Positions 28,422 to 38,046 of a stretch of 64,000 bases of DNA are shown here, in pieces (within the stretch, counting starts at the first letter, position 1; each line of letters begins with the position of its first letter). The notes under the pieces were generated by a model. That model was not told the origin of the DNA and ran no database searches. It saw only the letters and a program-made list of their open reading frames with translations. This stretch comes from a virus, in IMG/VR virus record IMGVR_UViG_3300031754_000002, positions 32,001 to 96,000 of that record, one strand, 5' to 3'. The position numbers were made by a program, and so were the translations under genes.

Positions 28422-28883
28422 ATGAGGCAGCTACAACGACAGGGCGACGTACTTCTAATCCCTATCGACAGCATCCCCGCGAACGCAACAGCCGTCGCCC
28501 GGGACGCCCGCGGGCGAATTGTGCTCGCTGAGGGTGAGCGCACTGGGCACGCGCACTGTGTTCTCGACGATGCCGCGACACTATTTCGCCAGGATGATCT
28601 CGACGAGATGGCCGACCGTTTCCTACATGTGCAGGCCGAGTGCGGACTTATCGACGCTTGGCGGTGCCGTGACCGGCGGCGAGACATCGTATGCTGGATG
28701 CCCGCATACCAAAACACGGACCGCATCGAAGCGGCCGACTATGCAATTCTCGCCCGCGAAGACATACCTGGCGTCATTGTCGAGCACGAGGAGCACCTAC
28801 ATTTCGTCGTGCTGCCCGGGGACCACATCATCCGGCCGAAGCGTGAATACCAGCCAGAGGCCCCACGTCAGGTGATGGACTGA
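28422..28883 (+). CDS. Conserved phage protein (RQGDVLL family), partner of the DUF6745-like gene
   Basis: RQGDVLL...LAEGE.TGHAH...HEEH....LPG......REY. Confidence 0.75.
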   Translation: MRQLQRQGDVLLIPIDSIPANATAVARDARGRIVLAEGERTGHAHCVLDDAATLFRQDDLDEMADRFLHVQAECGLIDAWRCRDRRRDIVCWMPAYQNTDRIEAADYAILAREDIPGVIVEHEEHLHFVVLPGDHIIRPKREYQPEAPRQVMD

Positions 28884-28917
28884 TGGCGGCTCTAATTGGT
28901 GACAGGATGCTTCGCTG

Positions 28918-30270
28918 ATGGGCAAGCTCACGAAACTAACCCCAAGCCAAACCAAGCATCTCGCGGCGAGTTATGAGGAATGGCTATCCGTCGGCCGCTG
29001 CACCGAACCAGCCGATCGGCCAGCAATGGAGACAGCGGTCCGCGCGATGTACGCCGAGATTGGCCAGCCTCCACCAGCAGTCGTCTGGCTGGACTCTCCG
29101 TTGGCTGGCGTGTGTGGCTCCTGGTTCCTATCAAACCTGTTGAAGACGTTGCGCAACGACGCAAACCAGCTCGGGGACCAGCTCAGGGACCAGCTCAGGG
29201 ACCAGCTCGGGGGCCAGCTCAGGGGCCAGCTTGGGGACCAGCTCAGGGGCCAGCTCGGGGACCAGCTCTGGGACCAGCTCTGGGGCCAGCTTGGGGGCCA
29301 GCTTGGGGACCAGCTCAGGGACCAGCTCAGGGGCCAGCTCAGGGACCAGCTCAGGGACCAGCTCTGGGGCCAGCTCGGGGGCCAGCTCAGGGGCCAGCTT
29401 GGGGACCAGCTCAGGGACCAGCTCTGGGGCCAGCTTGGGGACCAGCTCAGGGGCCAGCTCGGGGGCCAGCTCAGGGGCCAGCTCGGGGGCCAGCTCAGGG
29501 GCCAGCTCGGGGGCCAGCTCAGGGACCAGCTCAGGGGCCAGCTCGGGGACCAGCTCTGGGACCAGCTCTGGGGCCAGCTTGGGGGCCAGCTTGGGGACCA
29601 GCTCAGGGACCAGCTCGCACAATGCTGGTGGGCACAGCATGAAGCCGCGTGGATCGCATTTTACTTGTGGCCCGAGACGAACCTAGCCGTCAACTACAAG
29701 GAACAGGTAAGTCGGCGTCTCGCCCTTTGGGAGACAACCGCGCGGTCTAGCTCATGGTGGTGGCCGATGATCGGCTTGGTTGTCCTTACGGAGCGACCAT
29801 CCAACGTGTCCGTAGATGGTGAGGGCCGGCTACATGACGAGCGAGGTCCAGCGCTCGGCTACCGGGATGGGTGGGGCGTATGGTCGATCCACGGTGTACG
29901 AGTGACACCAAAGATTGTCGAGCACCCAGAGAGCCTAACGGTGCAAGAGATCCGGGACGAGCCGAACGTGGAGGTTCGACGGGTGATGCTCGAACGGTTC
30001 GGTGCGGACCGCTTCATGGCGGAAAGCAACGCTGAGCTTATCGGCGAGGATGATTGGGGGAAGCTGTGGCGGATACCCGACGCGCCAGATGAGCCAGACG
30101 GTAAGCCGCTGGTGCTCGTTGAGATGCTGAACTCAACCCCGGAGCCAGACGGCTCGGTACGCACATACTATGAGCGTGCTCACCCTGACGTGCAGACACC
30201 TTTGGCGGCGTTGGCTTGGCAGGCGAACATGAGCGAGAGCGAGTACATGCAGATGGGGGCGCAAACGTGA
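28918..30270 (+). CDS. DUF6745-like protein with tetrapeptide repeat tract
   Basis: W..SP; QL(R/G/W)(D/G) repeats; WWWP...ERP....D..GRLH...GPA..Y.DGW....HGV; NVEVRRVM; NSTPEPDG. Confidence 0.8.
   Translation: MGKLTKLTPSQTKHLAASYEEWLSVGRCTEPADRPAMETAVRAMYAEIGQPPPAVVWLDSPLAGVCGSWFLSNLLKTLRNDANQLGDQLRDQLRDQLGGQLRGQLGDQLRGQLGDQLWDQLWGQLGGQLGDQLRDQLRGQLRDQLRDQLWGQLGGQLRGQLGDQLRDQLWGQLGDQLRGQLGGQLRGQLGGQLRGQLGGQLRDQLRGQLGDQLWDQLWGQLGGQLGDQLRDQLAQCWWAQHEAAWIAFYLWPETNLAVNYKEQVSRRLALWETTARSSSWWWPMIGLVVLTERPSNVSVDGEGRLHDERGPALGYRDGWGVWSIHGVRVTPKIVEHPESLTVQEIRDEPNVEVRRVMLERFGADRFMAESNAELIGEDDWGKLWRIPDAPDEPDGKPLVLVEMLNSTPEPDGSVRTYYERAHPDVQTPLAALAWQANMSESEYMQMGAQT
29167..29616 (+). repeat. 12-bp coding tandem repeat, about 37.5 copies
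   Basis: Unit CAGCT(C/T)(A/G/T)GGG(A/G)C. Confidence 0.95.
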
Positions 30271-30426
30271 ACCGCATCCTGAATGCGCCGGATGACTCGT
30301 TCGCTGGTGTAAGTGCGATGATACCCGCAGAGCTTGGCCGTGTCGGCTACTCTTTCAACTCCGATATCCCCGTGCCGGCCGGCAGCACAGTCATCGGGGA
30401 TTATCCCCTTGACACAGGGTCGGATA

Positions 30427-30579
30427 TCAGCTAGAGTCCTTCTTAGTGGACTCTTTTGCCTTTGGTTTCCGGGCTTTTTGGGCCTCTGCGCGCACCGCTT
30501 CCCGTGCTTGCTTGGGGAACATTCGCTGCGCGACCTGCTCGTTTGTGAGGTCGTGGGCCTTGGGCTTCGCTCGTGGCAT
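30427..30579 (-). CDS. Small basic protein divergent from the transposase
   Basis: MPRAKPKAHDLTNEQVAQRMFPKQ. Confidence 0.5.
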   Translation of the reverse strand: MPRAKPKAHDLTNEQVAQRMFPKQAREAVRAEAQKARKPKAKESTKKDSS

Positions 30580-30591
30580 GGTGGCTCTCTG

Positions 30592-31563
30592 ATGGAGTCT
30601 ACGACGCTTGTGGGCCTGATCGAGGAGTTCGGCAGCGAGGAGAAGTGCCGCGCCTATCTTGAGGATCTGCGTTGGCCCGCTGGCCCCGAGTGCCCGCGCT
30701 GCGACGAGCCGACCACCGTTTCGCGGATCGCCTCGCGCAACCAGTTCGAGTGCGACAAGTGCCGCTACCAGTTCTCGGTCACGGCTGGGACGCTGTTCCA
30801 CGACTCGCACCTGCCGTTGTGGAAGTGGTTCCTCGCGGTCTACCTGATGTGCGAGAGCAAGAAGGGCATCAGCGCCAAGCAGCTACACCGGATGCTCGGC
30901 GGCTCGTATAAGACGAGTTGGTATCTCTGCCACCGCGTCAGAGCGGCAATGGGCGAGGACGAACAGCCGCTACTGACCGGCACGGTGGAGGTTGACGAGA
31001 CCTACGTCGGCGGCAAACGCAAAGGCTACGGCGCCGGATATCGCGGGAACAAGGTCATCGTGGCCGGTGCGATCGAGCGCGGCGGCGACATACGCCTACG
31101 GCTCGTCCCGAACACCCGCCGCCACAACCTGGAGCAGTTCATCGACTCCACCGTCTCAGACGACACGGAGGCGGTCTACACGGACGAGTTGAAGTCCTAT
31201 GACGGCATCGCGGGCGAGAACCACCAGACCGTCGAGCACAAAGCCGAAGAATGGGTGCGGGGCGAGGTTCACACGAACAGCGTCGAGTCTGCCTGGAGCC
31301 TGCTCAAGCGCTCGATCGTGGGGACCTACCACCATATGAGCGTCAAGCACCTGCCCGCGTATCTGGCGGAGATGGAATGGCGCTTCAACCGCCGCGAGAA
31401 CCCCTACCTATTCAGAGACACGCTGCTGGTGCTCCTCCACGGAGACGCGCTGCCCTACAGCGTTCTGATCGAACGCGACGACCCCGGCGAGCGCCAGCGC
31501 GAGAACGACGCACTCATGCGGCGAGAGGCGAAGCGTCAGGCACGCCAGCAGCGCCCGTGCTAG
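30592..31563 (+). CDS. IS1595-family (ISXO2-like) transposase
   Basis: Zn ribbon CPRC..CDKC; VEVDETYVGG; YTDE; HTNSVESAWSLLKR. Confidence 0.92.
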   Translation: MESTTLVGLIEEFGSEEKCRAYLEDLRWPAGPECPRCDEPTTVSRIASRNQFECDKCRYQFSVTAGTLFHDSHLPLWKWFLAVYLMCESKKGISAKQLHRMLGGSYKTSWYLCHRVRAAMGEDEQPLLTGTVEVDETYVGGKRKGYGAGYRGNKVIVAGAIERGGDIRLRLVPNTRRHNLEQFIDSTVSDDTEAVYTDELKSYDGIAGENHQTVEHKAEEWVRGEVHTNSVESAWSLLKRSIVGTYHHMSVKHLPAYLAEMEWRFNRRENPYLFRDTLLVLLHGDALPYSVLIERDDPGERQRENDALMRREAKRQARQQRPC

Positions 31564-31796
31564 CGGCCTTCGCCGCGCTCGATCTCGGCCGCAAGGTCTG
31601 CGAGGGTCGCTCCGTAGCACCGTAGAAGGGCCATCATGGTCGGGTAGGCGATGCCTGCGCCATGCTCAACCGTGGATATGTGCCGTCCGCTGACGCTCAC
31701 GGCTTCGGCCGCCTGCTCCTGCGTCTTGCCAGCCTTGCGTCTGATCGCCGCGAGCGCCCCGCCGAGAGCGAGGTAATCATCAGCGGCGCCCGTCAT
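31560..31796 (-). CDS. XRE HTH protein (tandem paralog 1)
   Basis: IRRKAGKTQEQAA...HISTVEHG. Confidence 0.8.
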   Translation of the reverse strand: MTGAADDYLALGGALAAIRRKAGKTQEQAAEAVSVSGRHISTVEHGAGIAYPTMMALLRCYGATLADLAAEIERGEGR

Positions 31797-31812
31797 GCGC
31801 AGCGCAGCGTAT

Positions 31813-32043
31813 CTAGCCGCGTTCGACCTCGGCGGCCAGCTCCGCGAGACTCGCCCGGTAGAACCTCAGCAGCGCCATCATCGTCGGGAAGGCGATCCCG
31901 GTCCGGCCCTTCTCGACCGTCGAGATATGACGGGCGCCAACATTGACGGCCGCGCCCGCTTCGGCCTGGGTGCGGCCTGCTCGGCGACGTAGCGCCGCGA
32001 GCGCTCTACCGAGCCGCACATAGTCGTCTGCGGGATCGATCAT
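31813..32043 (-). CDS. XRE HTH protein (tandem paralog 2)
   Basis: LRRRAGRTQAEAG...HISTVEKG. Confidence 0.8.
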   Translation of the reverse strand: MIDPADDYVRLGRALAALRRRAGRTQAEAGAAVNVGARHISTVEKGRTGIAFPTMMALLRFYRASLAELAAEVERG

Positions 32044-32164
32044 CTATCTGGACTCAATGTGAGACATCAAATCTGCTACCGTTTGGCCGCTTGTACAAAC
32101 GGCGGGACCGTTGGGAGGTTACCCCGACGGCCCCGCCTACATCGACAGAGAGCTTGCTCTGCCA

Positions 32165-32416
32165 ATGCCGAAGCAGGATACCGATGGGCTTGATTTTGAC
32201 GCCGAGCGCGCGATAGTCGCGCGGCTCTTGGAGGACACGTCAAAGCTCGTTGCACGCGACCGGCTCTACGCGACCGCTCCGAGCATCACACCCGAGCGAC
32301 TGGACGCCGCCGTTGCGTCGCTGGCACGAGCGCGTGTCCTGTTGATCCAGCGCGACGGGCTGCGCGCTACCGGAACGCTCAAACGCTTGGCTGCTCTGCG
32401 CATGGTCGTCTTCTGA
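32165..32416 (+). CDS. Small winged-helix-like protein (IS cargo)
   Basis: ORF track, start at MPKQD. Confidence 0.5.
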   Translation: MPKQDTDGLDFDAERAIVARLLEDTSKLVARDRLYATAPSITPERLDAAVASLARARVLLIQRDGLRATGTLKRLAALRMVVF

Positions 32417-32634
32417 TGCACCGTCTCGAACTCAACGTGACCGCTGACGAGTTCCGCGAGCGCCTGGCCGCCGCCAAGCGCCAGAACCTCAGCATCAGCG
32501 ACCACCTCCGCATCGCACTCGGGATGCAACCGTTCGGCGACCAGCCGCTATACGAGGTGGACCGCGAACCTCGCGGACGCCTGCAGCTCGTGCATAGCGA
32601 GCGGCAGGCACAGCGGCAGGCACAGCGGCGATAA
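32416..32634 (+). CDS. RHH-like small protein (IS cargo)
   Basis: RLELNVT...RERLAAAKRQNLSISDHLRIAL. Confidence 0.5.
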   Translation: MHRLELNVTADEFRERLAAAKRQNLSISDHLRIALGMQPFGDQPLYEVDREPRGRLQLVHSERQAQRQAQRR

Positions 32635-32667
32635 CATCGGCGATCGATTCACGCCACGGAGACGATC

Positions 32668-33411
32668 TTACGATTCGCCGAGGATCGCCTTCAGCACCTC
32701 CACGCGCTGCTCGATGTAACCCGCGAGTCGGTCAAAGTCGCCCTGCGTGGGGTCGGGATGTGCGGGCGGAGGCTTGCCGTCGAACGCGTCCGACTTCAAT
32801 GGCAATTCAGCGATCAGTCGGTGTTGCACCTTCACGGACCATGCCGCCGCCCGTTCGGTGAGGCGCCTGAGCATCGCAGTCGGATCGGGGGTAAACATCG
32901 ACAACGAGTCGAGGATAAACGAGGATTCGCCTGCGAGCCGCCGCTTCTGCTTATTGATTGAGATCCCGAACTCCGTCCCCCGCTCGCGCTCATGGGAAAG
33001 CCACGCCCGAAGCTCGGGGCTAAGCTGCTCGGCGCGTAGCTCGCCCGTCGCCTCATGCTTGCTCTGCTCGCGCTGCGCACCGGGAATGACCCGCGCGGGT
33101 ATTTCGCGCGCAGGTCGATGCGACGGTGCGGAGACGGGGCGCTTGGGCGCCGCAGAAGGCGCGGGCGGTTGGCCGCGAGCAATAGCAGACCAGTGTTTGA
33201 CGCGCTCCGGCCCAAGCGCCACCAAGCCCACGATGATCGTGGCGGTAGCCGCCAACACCACCCCAAGCGTATGGGACTGTGTGATCCCAGCGTCCCTCAG
33301 CCATTTGACCGCACCCGGAGCGCCCTGAGCCGTCTCGATCAACCCAAGAACGAAGGTCAACGCCAACAGTCCTCGGAACGAGAGCCAGGAGATACGCAGG
33401 GCACGTGCCAC
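32668..33411 (-). CDS. Hypothetical membrane protein (IS cargo)
   Basis: Two N-terminal hydrophobic segments. Confidence 0.55.
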   Translation of the reverse strand: MARALRISWLSFRGLLALTFVLGLIETAQGAPGAVKWLRDAGITQSHTLGVVLAATATIIVGLVALGPERVKHWSAIARGQPPAPSAAPKRPVSAPSHRPAREIPARVIPGAQREQSKHEATGELRAEQLSPELRAWLSHERERGTEFGISINKQKRRLAGESSFILDSLSMFTPDPTAMLRRLTERAAAWSVKVQHRLIAELPLKSDAFDGKPPPAHPDPTQGDFDRLAGYIEQRVEVLKAILGES

Positions 33412-33544
33412 GATCGGCCCGACTCTAGCATGTGACCCTGCATCAACGGGATAGTCCCCCAGTCATCTACATTGAATGTGCTAACTGCGTCCTTGGCAAG
33501 CACGGACTTGCAAGTCACGTTTCGCCTCAGTGCGACTGCAACTG

Positions 33545-36298
33545 TCACTCGTAAGGCGAGGATACGTCTTCACCATTATCCAGCATTTCCTGATAGATCG
33601 CGTTTAGGTCGTATACTTCCGGGCTACTCGGCCGATAGGCCGCTGCGCGCTCAAAGGCCATAACAGACGCGACGGCAAGGTCGATCCGGCGCGGACTGTA
33701 TTTCGCATCCTTAGAAAGCTGCGAGCCGGCCGATGTAACCTTCAAGACCGCGTTCTCGACATGCCTAGCTAGGTCAGGGTTAGCCGAGTGCGTCAGACCA
33801 CCGTTCGTGATTGCCTCGCCGAATCGTGTGGTAGCAGGGATCATGCGCGCTGGCCGCTGGGGAAAGTCGAGGACCGGCAGACCCTCCTTCTCAAGGATTT
33901 CGAGGCTCCGCGCCCATCGGTAAGAATCCGCGACGATCTCACGCACCTGCCAGCGTTTACATGCCTCCCTGATTTCGTCCTCTACATCCTCGATCGGCAC
34001 CTGCCAATCCGGCGGACTCATCGGTGTAGGCTCCCATGATTTCACTACGTCGAGATGCGCGGTCTCACCGAGCGCGACAACTACTAGGGCGGTCGCATCA
34101 AAGTTAAACGACCCGTCGAAGCCGAGAACCACCTCCGCGTGATCCTCGATCAGCCGGTCACTCTCGGACGCTTTCCATCGTTCCGCAGATATCCACCGCT
34201 CTGCACCGGCGGCAACGACTTCGTTTAGATAGTAGCGACGAGATTCCCACTCAGGAGTCGTTGGATCGGCGATCTCGTCAAGCAGCCGCTCAACATCAAG
34301 CCACGTCGAATCGCCGCGCACAATCAGCAACGCCTCGCGGATCGCAGACCTGTCGGTGATGTCCTTGACTGCCGTCGCCTCGCGGCTATCGTAGTAAATG
34401 TCCTTGAGTTTGCCGGTACGCCACGCCTCAAAGGTTTCCTCAGCCGCCGACCCCTCACCGGGAAGGTGTGCGTTGGTAATTTCCATCGCCCGCGCTTCGC
34501 CATCACGCGCCTTCGCAAGGTTGCGTTTGATGACTTTCGACATCTCGATACCGTCATTGTTTGTCAGCCACAGATGCGAATTGTGGGTGACATGGCCGCC
34601 CTCGCCTACGAGAAACAGATGATCCGACGCGTCCACCGCTACACAGCGGACTGGTACGGATTCAACTGCTTCAATCGCGCTGACAGTCACCCAGTCAGGC
34701 CCTCGACGATGTTGGTTGACGCGAGCGACCTTCCGGGGAAGGCTAAACGGCACGAGCCCTCCGCGCGGAGTAAAGGAAACACGATGAGAGCCACCCGTAC
34801 GGCTCCGCGAGTCGGGCGCAAAGCTATGGCTAGCCACCTGCCCGAGAGTGCGGAGCAGGTATAGCACATCGCTAGCCAACTGATTAGTGCCGACAAAGAT
34901 GCAGCCGCCATCTTTCGTTACGCACCCATCACTGTCCATCAGTCCACGTAGAAGCTCGCTCCGCTGCTCGATCGAACCTTCGAAGTAGCAGGTTGGCACA
35001 TGCTTGTCGTAGAAACACGGCAGCGCGCGGAGTGCTTCCCCGAACTCTGTTCCCTTATGAAAACCCGCGCGTCCTGACAGTGCTATCCGACAGGCGCGCC
35101 GTCGTTGAGGCACGCTCCGCGCCGCGACATCACGAGCAGCAAGTTGGGCCACGATCTCAGGGGCGTCATCATCGCTCGCCGTGAGATACGGCTGCCCCCT
35201 GTTACCGTCGCCGAGCCACAGTCCTAGCGCATACGGATCAACGAGGAACGTGGAAGGCGGGCGGTCCCAAGCACTAGGAGCCGGGATACGAAACTTACGG
35301 CCGTCAGCGACCATCTCGGCTGCGGATCGGACCCGAGGCTTAGCGCCCGATCCCGCCAACCTTGTCGCCCATAGATGACCGTCGCTGGCTACAACGCTCG
35401 TCCCATCCTCAAAGCAAACCCGGAAGCAGGCGCGATCATACTGGACCGGCGTTGCCTTCAAGACCACAGTCGCTCGACCATTCCTACCGAGCAACTGGTC
35501 GCCCGGCTGAACATCGCCCATCGTCGTCCAGCCGCCGGGAGTCGGTAGCGGTGTATCGAGTGCCAGCGCCTCATTGGCGATCACGAATGTGGCCCTGTTG
35601 CCCTCCAGGGCCGTCGGACTCGATGTTACAGCCTGTATCTGCCCGACGCCGCGAGCGTAAATCTTCTCCTTGCCGACATCGATCGAGAACTCTTTGATCG
35701 CGTCTTTGCTGAACATGCCCGGAAACAGCAGCATCGTGTTCCGAGTCTGCTCAAGCGTCACGGCCGCGACCTGAATCCACGGCGCAGGGTGCTGAATCGC
35801 AATCGGCGAACCGTCCGATGCCCATCCACCGAACCTGCAAGGTCCGCATAGCTCAACAGCAGCGAGGGAGGCGAGGAATGGATCCTTCCCCCATCCCTTC
35901 ATCCGCCGGAGAACACCACGACGATGAATGAGACGGCCCCTAGCGTCGATCTCATACCAGCGCAGGACCACCCGCGCCTGTTCATCGGTGTAAGCCCACA
36001 GTTGGCCCGCATCGGGACCGTCCGGTTGCTGGAGATATTCAGCAGTCCATTGCAAGACGGCCCAGCCGAGAGTGCGGTTATCGGCTGGTGTCTTGTCGGG
36101 TAGCGACTGGATCGCCACAAGGGAGTGTGCCGGATGCGCTCGCCGCCAGTTCGTGTCTCCACAGCGCTTGGGCTTGGCACAGTAGCGCGCCCGAGCGGGA
36201 CGGCCCTCGATCGACTCATTACAATGCAAACAGCGACGATCAGGCAACCCTAGCGCCCTTCCCCGAGTTGCAGCCCCGATGCGCCGCCGCAAGCTCAT
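33545..36298 (-). CDS. Terminase large subunit with intein
   Basis: RRMKGWGKDP Walker A, FVIANE|SHLW Walker B, LGFDGS...DAT nuclease, RIDLAVA. Confidence 0.92.
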   Translation of the reverse strand: MSLRRRIGAATRGRALGLPDRRCLHCNESIEGRPARARYCAKPKRCGDTNWRRAHPAHSLVAIQSLPDKTPADNRTLGWAVLQWTAEYLQQPDGPDAGQLWAYTDEQARVVLRWYEIDARGRLIHRRGVLRRMKGWGKDPFLASLAAVELCGPCRFGGWASDGSPIAIQHPAPWIQVAAVTLEQTRNTMLLFPGMFSKDAIKEFSIDVGKEKIYARGVGQIQAVTSSPTALEGNRATFVIANEALALDTPLPTPGGWTTMGDVQPGDQLLGRNGRATVVLKATPVQYDRACFRVCFEDGTSVVASDGHLWATRLAGSGAKPRVRSAAEMVADGRKFRIPAPSAWDRPPSTFLVDPYALGLWLGDGNRGQPYLTASDDDAPEIVAQLAARDVAARSVPQRRRACRIALSGRAGFHKGTEFGEALRALPCFYDKHVPTCYFEGSIEQRSELLRGLMDSDGCVTKDGGCIFVGTNQLASDVLYLLRTLGQVASHSFAPDSRSRTGGSHRVSFTPRGGLVPFSLPRKVARVNQHRRGPDWVTVSAIEAVESVPVRCVAVDASDHLFLVGEGGHVTHNSHLWLTNNDGIEMSKVIKRNLAKARDGEARAMEITNAHLPGEGSAAEETFEAWRTGKLKDIYYDSREATAVKDITDRSAIREALLIVRGDSTWLDVERLLDEIADPTTPEWESRRYYLNEVVAAGAERWISAERWKASESDRLIEDHAEVVLGFDGSFNFDATALVVVALGETAHLDVVKSWEPTPMSPPDWQVPIEDVEDEIREACKRWQVREIVADSYRWARSLEILEKEGLPVLDFPQRPARMIPATTRFGEAITNGGLTHSANPDLARHVENAVLKVTSAGSQLSKDAKYSPRRIDLAVASVMAFERAAAYRPSSPEVYDLNAIYQEMLDNGEDVSSPYE
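34580..35569 (-). mobile_element. Class 3 (Ala-start, W-C-T) intein with LAGLIDADG endonuclease (330 aa)
   Basis: E|ALALDTPL...GHLW...GLWLGDG...LRGLMDSDG...VRCVAV...VTHN|S. Confidence 0.88.
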
Positions 36299-36551
36299 TC
36301 TTGTTCGCTTCGCGCATCTGGTGCTGACCGAAGCGCGGGATTAGGTGATCTGCGGTATCGGCACCCGGTAGACCGCAGATATGGCAGATCCCGTGGTCGC
36401 GTTCGATCACTTCACGGCTGATCCGGCCCCAGTTCGGCCCAAACCGCTGCTTAGTGGTCCCCCGCTGGTTCTGTGGGTCACACCGCGAGCAGTAAGACCC
36501 CGAGCGAATCGGACCGCCGCAACCCAAACAAGGCCGGCGCAGACGGCTCAC
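36240..36551 (-). CDS. Packaging-associated HNH endonuclease
   Basis: RDHGICHICG...ADHLIP...LAAAHRGCNSGKG. Confidence 0.85.
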   Translation of the reverse strand: MSRLRRPCLGCGGPIRSGSYCSRCDPQNQRGTTKQRFGPNWGRISREVIERDHGICHICGLPGADTADHLIPRFGQHQMREANKNELAAAHRGCNSGKGARVA

Positions 36552-36973
36552 CGCTTAGCGGCCTTCCTGTACTTCGCCATTAGCGCAACCGCTGGCGGCT
36601 CCTCCGCTGCGTCGCTGTGCTCCAAGATCAACCGGGCACGCCGACGATCACCCTCCGTCGCCAGCAGACAGCTCATCATGTTCATAACGACCGCAATAGC
36701 GTTCGCGTTGAGCTTATCGCCATTCAACTGACGCGACAGCAACTCGCACGCCACGCCAGCCATCTCACGGTCCGAAGGCTCGTAGAACACCGCCTGGCCC
36801 GACATCATTAGCGAGTCATACAGCGCTTTCGCGCGCGGATGCCAGCTATCGTCGGCCGGTGGAGCTAGCTCCGCGTCGGGCGCACGAGGGATCTCAACCA
36901 CCTGCGGAATCGACTCTTTGTTGCGTCTACGTCGTTCAGACGGCCGCTTGGGAATTGGTCCATCGCCCGGCAT
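36548..36973 (-). CDS. Terminase small subunit
   Basis: GPIPK...RRRRNK; WHP.AK..YDSL..SGQ..FYEPSD; LLATEGDRRR. Confidence 0.8.
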   Translation of the reverse strand: MPGDGPIPKRPSERRRRNKESIPQVVEIPRAPDAELAPPADDSWHPRAKALYDSLMMSGQAVFYEPSDREMAGVACELLSRQLNGDKLNANAIAVVMNMMSCLLATEGDRRRARLILEHSDAAEEPPAVALMAKYRKAAKR

Positions 36974-37183
36974 TTTACCTCCAAAGCCGGGACCCGTACC
37001 GACCCCCGCGCGACTGCGGGCGGGTCAGGTAGGACACGCCACACCTTTCCGACCCGGCGTGTGAGGAATAGGCAGAGGACCACGACTCCGACTCTCAGCC
37101 TCCAGCGCGGCCGGGATCGCATAGCTTCGCCGCTCAATCAGGACCGGACGGTCTGCTTCCATCGCTGCTGCTCCCTTCGCCTC

Positions 37184-37459
37184 TCAGGCTGCTGCTCGTT
37201 TCGCTGGCCGAACCTGCCACGGCTGAGCCATCCTAGAAGCACGTTTAGGCTCAGCGGAGTTCGGACCACAACCACAGACGCAGCCGTTCTGATACCCGTG
37301 ACAGACGATCGCTCGGCGTAGTTCGCCGTCGATAGCCACTAGGCGAGCAGGCTGGAAACCTGCATGCGCTAGGCCGCGAGCGATCAACGCCTCATCCGCG
37401 GGTCCGTGGGGTTGGCCTTCGCTACATCGCTTGCATGAGCAGCCGAGACTCGGTGACAT
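37184..37459 (-). CDS. Hypothetical Cys-rich protein
   Basis: AGGAGG RBS. Confidence 0.5.
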   Translation of the reverse strand: MSPSLGCSCKRCSEGQPHGPADEALIARGLAHAGFQPARLVAIDGELRRAIVCHGYQNGCVCGCGPNSAEPKRASRMAQPWQVRPAKRAAA

Positions 37460-37594
37460 TGGCCTCCTACCATAGGAGCAGTAGATTGACGACCGCGAGC
37501 GAGTAGCAGGCTAGCTATTCCTTGCCGCGACGGGGCCCGTCAAGGATGGCTATACCGAGCAAAGCAACCGTGAGGCAGCCGAGAAACGCGTACT

Positions 37595-37834
37595 TCAACG
37601 GCTCTTTGCGTCGCCCAAGACGCGGGCAGCCTCATTGACCGGCTTGAATGCCCCCAAACCCGTCGAGAACACGTCCTCGCCCACGATCCACAATGGCCCG
37701 TCGTTGACCGGATACTCGATTGCGGCCTGCCTGAGCAGCTTCTCGTCTTCGAGCATCGCCGTCAATTCCTCGACCTTGCCGTGAAGCTGCTGTGCTCGTT
37801 TAGCCCACACTGCGGCTATAGCTATTGCGCTCAT
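37595..37834 (-). CDS. Hypothetical protein
   Basis: Coupled small ORF. Confidence 0.5.
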   Translation of the reverse strand: MSAIAIAAVWAKRAQQLHGKVEELTAMLEDEKLLRQAAIEYPVNDGPLWIVGEDVFSTGLGAFKPVNEAARVLGDAKSR

Positions 37835-38046
37835 CGCCGCTCCAGCAAGTCCAGAATCCAGTCCACATCCTCAGACGCAAAGCCGCACAACCGGCGTACA
37901 TCGCTCCTTGAGAGCTTGCCTTCGTTGAGGGCAGCGAGAACGCGATCCTGCCGAGAAACGAAGGTCGCTAGCATCTCCTGGGCCTCGTCTTCGACCTCGC
38001 GCCCGTATTCGGGGTCGGTCGGGCGCCGTTTCTGAACCGGCATCAT
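37831..38046 (-). CDS. Hypothetical protein
   Basis: Coupled small ORF. Confidence 0.5.
   Translation of the reverse strand: MMPVQKRRPTDPEYGREVEDEAQEMLATFVSRQDRVLAALNEGKLSRSDVRRLCGFASEDVDWILDLLERR

Larger units (their letters stand above)
30396..33459 (+). mobile_element. IS1595-family element with passenger genes (3064 bp)
   Basis: IR GGGGATTATCCCCTTGACACAGGGTC vs GGGGACTATCCCGTTGATGCAGGGTC (22/26); 8-bp TSD CAGTCATC at 30388-95 and 33460-67. Confidence 0.9.

Noticed and set aside
29167-29616. CRISPR or non-coding satellite; alternative-frame ORFs (ELAP, GPAQ, SSGA repeats)
   Set aside because: There are no spacers, and the tract is in frame within the DUF6745-like CDS. The other ORFs are by-products of the repeat.
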